Shown here: piece by piece, positions 58,475-64,000 of the stretch
How positions within the stretch are numbered: the first letter of the stretch is position 1
How the letters are laid out: each line of letters begins with the position of its first letter
From: the human T2T-CHM13v2.0 reference genome, Homo sapiens
Strand: one strand, 5' to 3'
Assembly: GCF_009914755.1 (NCBI RefSeq)
Contig: NC_060927.1
DNA: 64,000 nt
Notes under the pieces: generated by a model
Databases searched by the model: none
The model's input: only the letters and a program-made list of their open reading frames with translations
What the model was told of the DNA's origin: nothing
Program-made: the position numbers and the translations under genes

Positions 58475-58712
58475 CCCACCTGTCCACCAGCCAGTCAGCG
58501 AGCAGACCTCCATCTTCTTTATTAAACACCTTCTAAGCTCCTGACACTGAGTGGTTGCTGGGTATATTAAAGTACTGTCTTTCCTACTAGACTCACTGCT
58601 GTGTCATGTGACTGGAGCTCAGTTGGCAATGAGACTCTGAAGGGGGAGCAAGTCTTTCTGCCTAAGAGGTGAAGGCAGAACTTTGTAGGAGTTGGCATTA
58701 ACAAGTCAGCAG

Positions 58713-59012
<300 letters not shown>

Positions 59013-60221
59013 GCACAAATCAGCAGTTTTTCGTTTTGTTTTGTTTTTCTCGGAAGAAGACCAGAAGGGCATTCCTGCAGAGAGAATAGCATCGGCCAAG
59101 GCACCCAGGTGTGAAGGTTTCAGCCTGCTGGCCTTACCTGCTGTAGAAGAGGCTCCCAGTGCAAATAAGTCTTTGTAGCTGTCAGGAGAAGGTTTCTATG
59201 GAGAAGAATATTATTCAGGAAGCCTAAGGGGGCTTGATGGACAAGGACACAGGGAAGTGTCCCAGGGTGAGAGGGAGACCAGAAAATGGACCCTTTGGTT
59301 ATGGTAGGCCCATGTTCACTGAACTGAATTGTTCAAAATCCAACTCTAATGTCTGTGATGGGGACCCTGCAGGGGCACCCTCCTTTAAGTCAGCAGTCAG
59401 AAGCTGAGCTTAGTCACTAAATTGGCAGTGTCACCTCTGGAAGGGACAGCTGTAGTATTTAAGTCACATGTGAGCCATCACATTCCTGAGTTATTCAATC
59501 ACAAGAAAATTGATATCTCAAATCTGCAGAGGAGAGGAAATGAGCTAATATTTCTTGGGGGCTCTTTGAAATAGCAGATAACATACTAAGTACTTTGGCA
59601 TTTTCTCCCTTAAGCCAACACCTTCGCTTCTTGTACATGTTGTATCTATTAAGAAATAGGGGCTCAAAGATGTGCTGCACAACTGACACAGAGCCAAGGT
59701 GGCCAACTAACAAACCTGTGCTCATTCCCAAATGGCATGAACCCAAACATCTGTGGAGGCCAAGCGAACATCAGCTCAGGTGTGATGATAAAGGGCAACT
59801 GAGCCTCCCCTTAATTAGAGGGAGTGACAGGGGGACTGTGTGCCTCATGGGAGTATAAGCCCAATCTTTCTGTACCTTTTAGCTTTTCCAAAGAAGCCAG
59901 AAATCTGGATTTTGAATGAAGTTTCCCATGTCTGAAGTATAATTACTTAAAACACTGTGCTGCCCAAACAAGACACATTGATGGGTTAGCCCCCAGCTGT
60001 GAGTTGCCATATTCCAAGTGTCCTAGTTGGGATTGCATTTAGCTGTGTGTGACACATTCCTGCTAGGGTAGTGCAAGCACAAAGGAATTTGTCTTCTCCC
60101 ATAACGAGAGGTCTCAGGAGGTAGTACAGGGCTGACGTGAGCTCTGCAATGCTGCTGTCATTGTCCCAGCTGTGTTCATCTTTCTGCTCCATTCTCTTGA
60201 GTGGGAACAGCAAACAAAATA

Positions 60222-60522
60222 CAGTTAGCCATCTGTGTCCATGGGCTCCGTATCTACAAATTCAACCAGGATGAAAAATATTTGGAAAAAAATAATGCAA
60301 ATAAAAAACCAATGGAGTGTAACAACTCTTCAAATAGTATTTACATTGTATTAGGTACTACTATAAGTAATTTAGAGATGATTTAAAGTACAGGGGAGGA
60401 TGTATATAAGGTATCTGCAAATACTACTCTGTTTTCTATCAGGGGCTTGAGGAGAAATCTGCAGATTTTAGTTTTCAAGGAGGTTCTGGAACCAATCTCC
60501 TGCAGATATCGAGAGAGGACTG
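60222..60522. mobile_element. Tigger3-like (TcMar) MITE
   Basis: TA|CAGTTAGCC...GAGAGGACTG|TA; internal TTTACATTGTATTAGGTA...TAGAGATGATTTAAAGTA. Confidence 0.85.
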
Positions 60523-61759
60523 TACTCAGCGTGTGTAAGCAAGGCAAGATCAGGGATCTGTCTGGTTGAAGTTTGTTTGCATTGCTCTTGGTGCAGACCT
60601 CCACCAGTGAAGTAAATCTGTAGAGGTACCTGCTGTGGGAAGAAGCCATTGTCCCCTCTGAGGGGTGCTTTCTTCTGAGTTGGCATGAGCAAAGAGGAAC
60701 TTAGAACCTGGCTTTAGCTCTGCAAGTGAAAATTTCCTCCAAGTAAAATAAGAAAGAGTCTACGTTCTTCTCTTACTGAAGCCAATCTAGAATGTCCTCT
60801 TCCCTCCCCTGATCTCTAGCTCATCTCACCCAGGTGCAACTTTCACATTCTTTCCATAAAAATTCTCTGGATTGATAAAAAATCAATCTACCTGAGCTGG
60901 ATGAGAGATGAAACCATCCCTTGATATAAAGATGGTTTGAAGTAGAAGGAAAACCTCCCTGTGCAGGGGTGAGGCTGGGTTGGAAGAGAGTTGGAGGCTA
61001 GGGAAGTGTTGAGTGAAGGTCCTTCCTGGGACTCATGGACTTCAGCATTTCCAGGGAGACAAGGTGAGTGGAGTTTCAGGCATACCCTAGAGTGTGTTCT
61101 TTTCTACCTGCAATATTCATGAACAAGAACACTATTTTATTTTTCCTGTTCTAGGGAAAATTCTCCCAAATGGTGAGATAGGGAGAAAAGCCCTCCTCCT
61201 CCCTCTGGCCTCCACCCAGGCTCAGGTTTTTTGTTTCAGCTGCAAGGGCTGTGGCTGGTATCTTTTCCCCTTCTCTCGGTGAGTGGGAGGAGCTGCAGAA
61301 TATGTTAATTCACACACATCAAAGATACACAAAGACCCAAATGACTGCAGAAAAGAGAACAACAGGATGCACAGAGCCTTAGCCTAATCAGTTAACTTAC
61401 ATTCTTTGCATAGAGGTTTGGAAGAAAAAATAATTACCAGGCTAAGGAAAGCCTTCCTAGCTTCCAAAATTCCAATGACTTTCTCCACCAGGATTATGCT
61501 GGGATGTGGCAGAGGGCACACCAGAGTCTGTAGGGCTTCCACGCAGGATATTCAAGTCTCAGGTGGTCGGCAGGCACAGCTTTCACAGCCAGGCCTTGCT
61601 TGGGACTCGGCCCCCGAGCATTGGTGAGAATTCTATTTAGGTCTTCCGTCTTTGCACATTTATTATTACTGGTTCTGGTGGGGTGGTTCTCTTTGAGGCA
61701 GTTTACACCGTGAACCTGAGTTGAACTCAGGCTCTGGCACTTACAACCAAGTGACCTCG

Positions 61760-62175
61760 CAGGTCTGTTTTCCCAGAAGCAGACCACTAGATAAACCTTT
61801 GCACGAAAGTGTTTCATTGCAGAATACTCCTAGGAAAATACAATAGGGGGACAGGAGAGTGGGGCCAGGAAGGGAAGGAGGCTAGGCAGGGTGCAAAGGG
61901 GCAGCATCGAACACAGTCCCATAGAAGGAGGAGGAAAGGCTCCCACTTGGCTCAATTCTGGTGGAGCTCTGGGGTCAGTGGAGACCACACCTGAGTGTGC
62001 CTGTCAAAGGCAAGGGAGCTAGAAACATTTATAGCCCTGCACCCAACAGTCTAAGGTTCAGGGCTTACCTGGCACACCTAAATTCCCAAGGACCCCAGAC
62101 TCTTGTGGGTAGGCAAAGTAGACCCTGGTAGTCAGAGGCAGCTGTTCTCAAAAGTGACAGAAGCCAGGCACATGG
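61760..62175 (-). mobile_element. LTR33/LTR16-like ERVL LTR
   Basis: CCCAGAAGCAGACC...GGAAGGGAAGGAGGC...GGCAAGGGAGCT...CATTTAT. Confidence 0.6.
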
Positions 62176-62199
62176 GAGTTGTTGTTCACAACACTTGGG

Positions 62200-62385
62200 C
62201 AGTGGCTGAATCTGCTACAAGTGACCTCAAGCAGTTGACTTAGTCCGTAAGACCCATGTGAAAAATGGGGATTATAATGTACCCTCTTCACAGGATTGAT
62301 GTAAGATCAAATAAGATGATACATAAATGTAAAGCACCCTGACAATTACTGCTCAGACATGGTGAACTCTCACTAAATAATACTA
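62200..62385 (+). mobile_element. MIR
   Basis: GTGAAAAATGGGGATTATAATGTACC...CACAGGATTGATGTAAGATCAAATAAGAT...GTAAAGCAC. Confidence 0.75.
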
Positions 62386-63136
62386 TGATTATGCCGAACA
62401 ATGGCACAAATTTAACTTCTGGATCTGTAGCCTATTAAGTCAACCCACCTTTCTCCTGTCCCCATGAAAGGCATGGCTACTCCATCCTGAAGGACCCTTG
62501 CCTTGTCATCCTTGTTGGGGCTGAAATCCTGGTAGCCATCATCAATCTACCTGAGCTGGATGGGAAGTGAAACCATTTACCTGCTCTGAAGTGGAAGGAA
62601 ACCCTCCCTGTGCAGGTGGCCCGGTTCCTGCTCCCTGAGCCCTTCAGCATGGCTGTTCCTACCTGCCAGTGTGGCTCCTTCAAAGGGTTCCATGCTGAGA
62701 GGCTGGCTGCTCATTTTGAAGATGTGGATACCACTCAGATATTTTTGGAACTTGACTTTAAAGCCTGTCTAGTTCATGGAACAGCAACGTCAATCACTTT
62801 TTACTGAGCATGTACTACGTGCCACACATTCTACCAAAGGCTTGCTAGGCAATAGTTACTTAATGTTCACAGTACCCTGGGAGGTAGGTGCCACTATCTC
62901 CATTTAAAGATTTCCCCTCAGGGATACTGAAGTTGGAGGTCTTAAGAAGCTTCCTTAAAGTCACACACTCAGGAAGAGGCATCTTGTCTACCTCCTTAGC
63001 CCACGTTTGGAGTCATGTGCAATTAATCCACTCACTCCTTAAACCTATGCATTCCCATTTGTGCGTATCGAATTTTATAATTATTTCTAATCTGCCTGTA
63101 AGATTTAATAGAGGTTAAGCTTTCTATGTGAGCTCA

Positions 63137-63196
63137 CTCTTTCTTTCCTTCTTCTTCTCCTTCTTCCTCTTCCTCTTCCTCCTCTTCTTCTTCTTT
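63137..63196 (+). repeat. (CTT/CCT)n polypyrimidine simple repeat
   Basis: Read directly. Confidence 0.9.
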
Positions 63197-63387
63197 TGTT
63201 GCTTTAATAAAAGTGTTTAAAATAGCAGTTACCAGAGCTGCTGTTTTCTCTGCCTCTTTCGCCACCAGCCCACTGCCCTCATCACTGATGTTTATCTCGT
63301 GAGACCTAGGCCCCAGTTCTTTGCATTTAGAGGAGACAGCCCACAGTCCTGCAGATCTGAGATCTTGCAGCCTTTTTGCAATGACTC

Positions 63388-63478
63388 TCAGTTCTTACAT
63401 CTTACATGAGAGTCATAATCCTAGGTCAAAGGTCAGTTCTTACAACTTTCAGTGAGAGTCATAATCCTAGGTCAAAGG
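63388..63478 (+). repeat. 45/46-bp tandem duplication
   Basis: TCAGTTCTTACA...TGAGAGTCATAATCCTAGGTCAAAGG at 63388-63432 and 63433-63478. Confidence 0.92.
63423..63435 (+). promoter_or_regulatory. Perfect DR1 nuclear-receptor element AGGTCA-A-AGGTCA (motif only; function untested)
   Basis: Exact consensus match spanning the duplication junction. Confidence 0.55.
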
Positions 63479-64000
63479 TTTTTGGACTCCTTCCTCTCTT
63501 AGAGCTCTTCTGCAAATGATTCTTATTTGTGCTCAGCCAAATGTGCCTGTCCTGAAGGAGACAGGTACAGGGAAAAGAACAATGACTGCTTCTGCCTTGC
63601 TTGGCCCCCTGGAAGTGCAAAAAAGCTTAAGGTGTCACCAGCTCTGCAGTCCACACCAGCCTCTTCCTTGCCAGTTAATGGCATCTGTTCACCAACCAGC
63701 AGCAACCAGCTCATACCTCAGCCATTCTCCTTTCTTTTCTGCATTCTGAACACCAAGTGCAGAGACTCTGCACTTTTTCCATCTTCTGCACATGATATTT
63801 TCACAATGTACCAAAGTTCATTGTGGGCAGAGACTGTGTCTTAGTAAACACTATAAGAAACAGTGTATAAAGCACCAAGACAAAATTAAAAAAAAAAAGA
63901 AAAAAGAAGAACTAAGATATGGGCCCTACCTATCTGGAAGCCAGGTTTGCTGACCAAAGAACTCCCCCTGTGCCAGAGAGACAAGTCAACAGTGATGCTT

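Noticed and set aside
57936-58529. Longest ORF in the track (197 aa, minus strand) and overlapping ORFs
   Set aside because: Low-complexity S/P/L-rich product, no recognisable domain, non-ATG start; GC-rich sequence open in several frames by chance.

Overview
Primate (human or great-ape) genomic DNA. It holds coding exons 2-7 of ABHD5/CGI-58 on the + strand; exon 1 lies upstream of the window. All six exons have canonical AG/GT boundaries and splice into one open frame ending TGA at 24118-24120. The frame matches human ABHD5 as I remember it, including the GHNLG pseudo-nucleophile motif and the C-terminal HX4D motif. A multi-kb 3' UTR follows, with several poly(A) signals, and its distal part is built from L1MC/Alu sequence. 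The remaining ~35 kb contain no other gene I can recognise and are dominated by interspersed repeats: about 28 Alus or Alu fragments, L1M, L2, MIR, MLT1/LTR16/LTR33 LTRs and hAT/Tc-mariner MITEs, several with intact target-site duplications. Nearly all other ORFs in the supplied track are Alu-derived or chance ORFs. I cannot establish a new biological system here. The best leads are four. (1) A candidate ~15 kb 3'-UTR intron starting 29 nt after the stop would swap the miRNA-site-rich UTR for a MIR/LTR16-derived terminal exon while escaping NMD. (2) A tandem duplication junction creates a perfect AGGTCA-A-AGGTCA DR1 (PPAR/RXR/HNF4-type) element at 63423-63435. (3) An ~80 bp dispersed duplication has one copy carrying two fold-back hairpins. 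(4) A strong-context out-of-frame ORF sits inside exon 2. Repeat subfamily calls come from remembered consensus sequences, and boundaries without TSDs are approximate.
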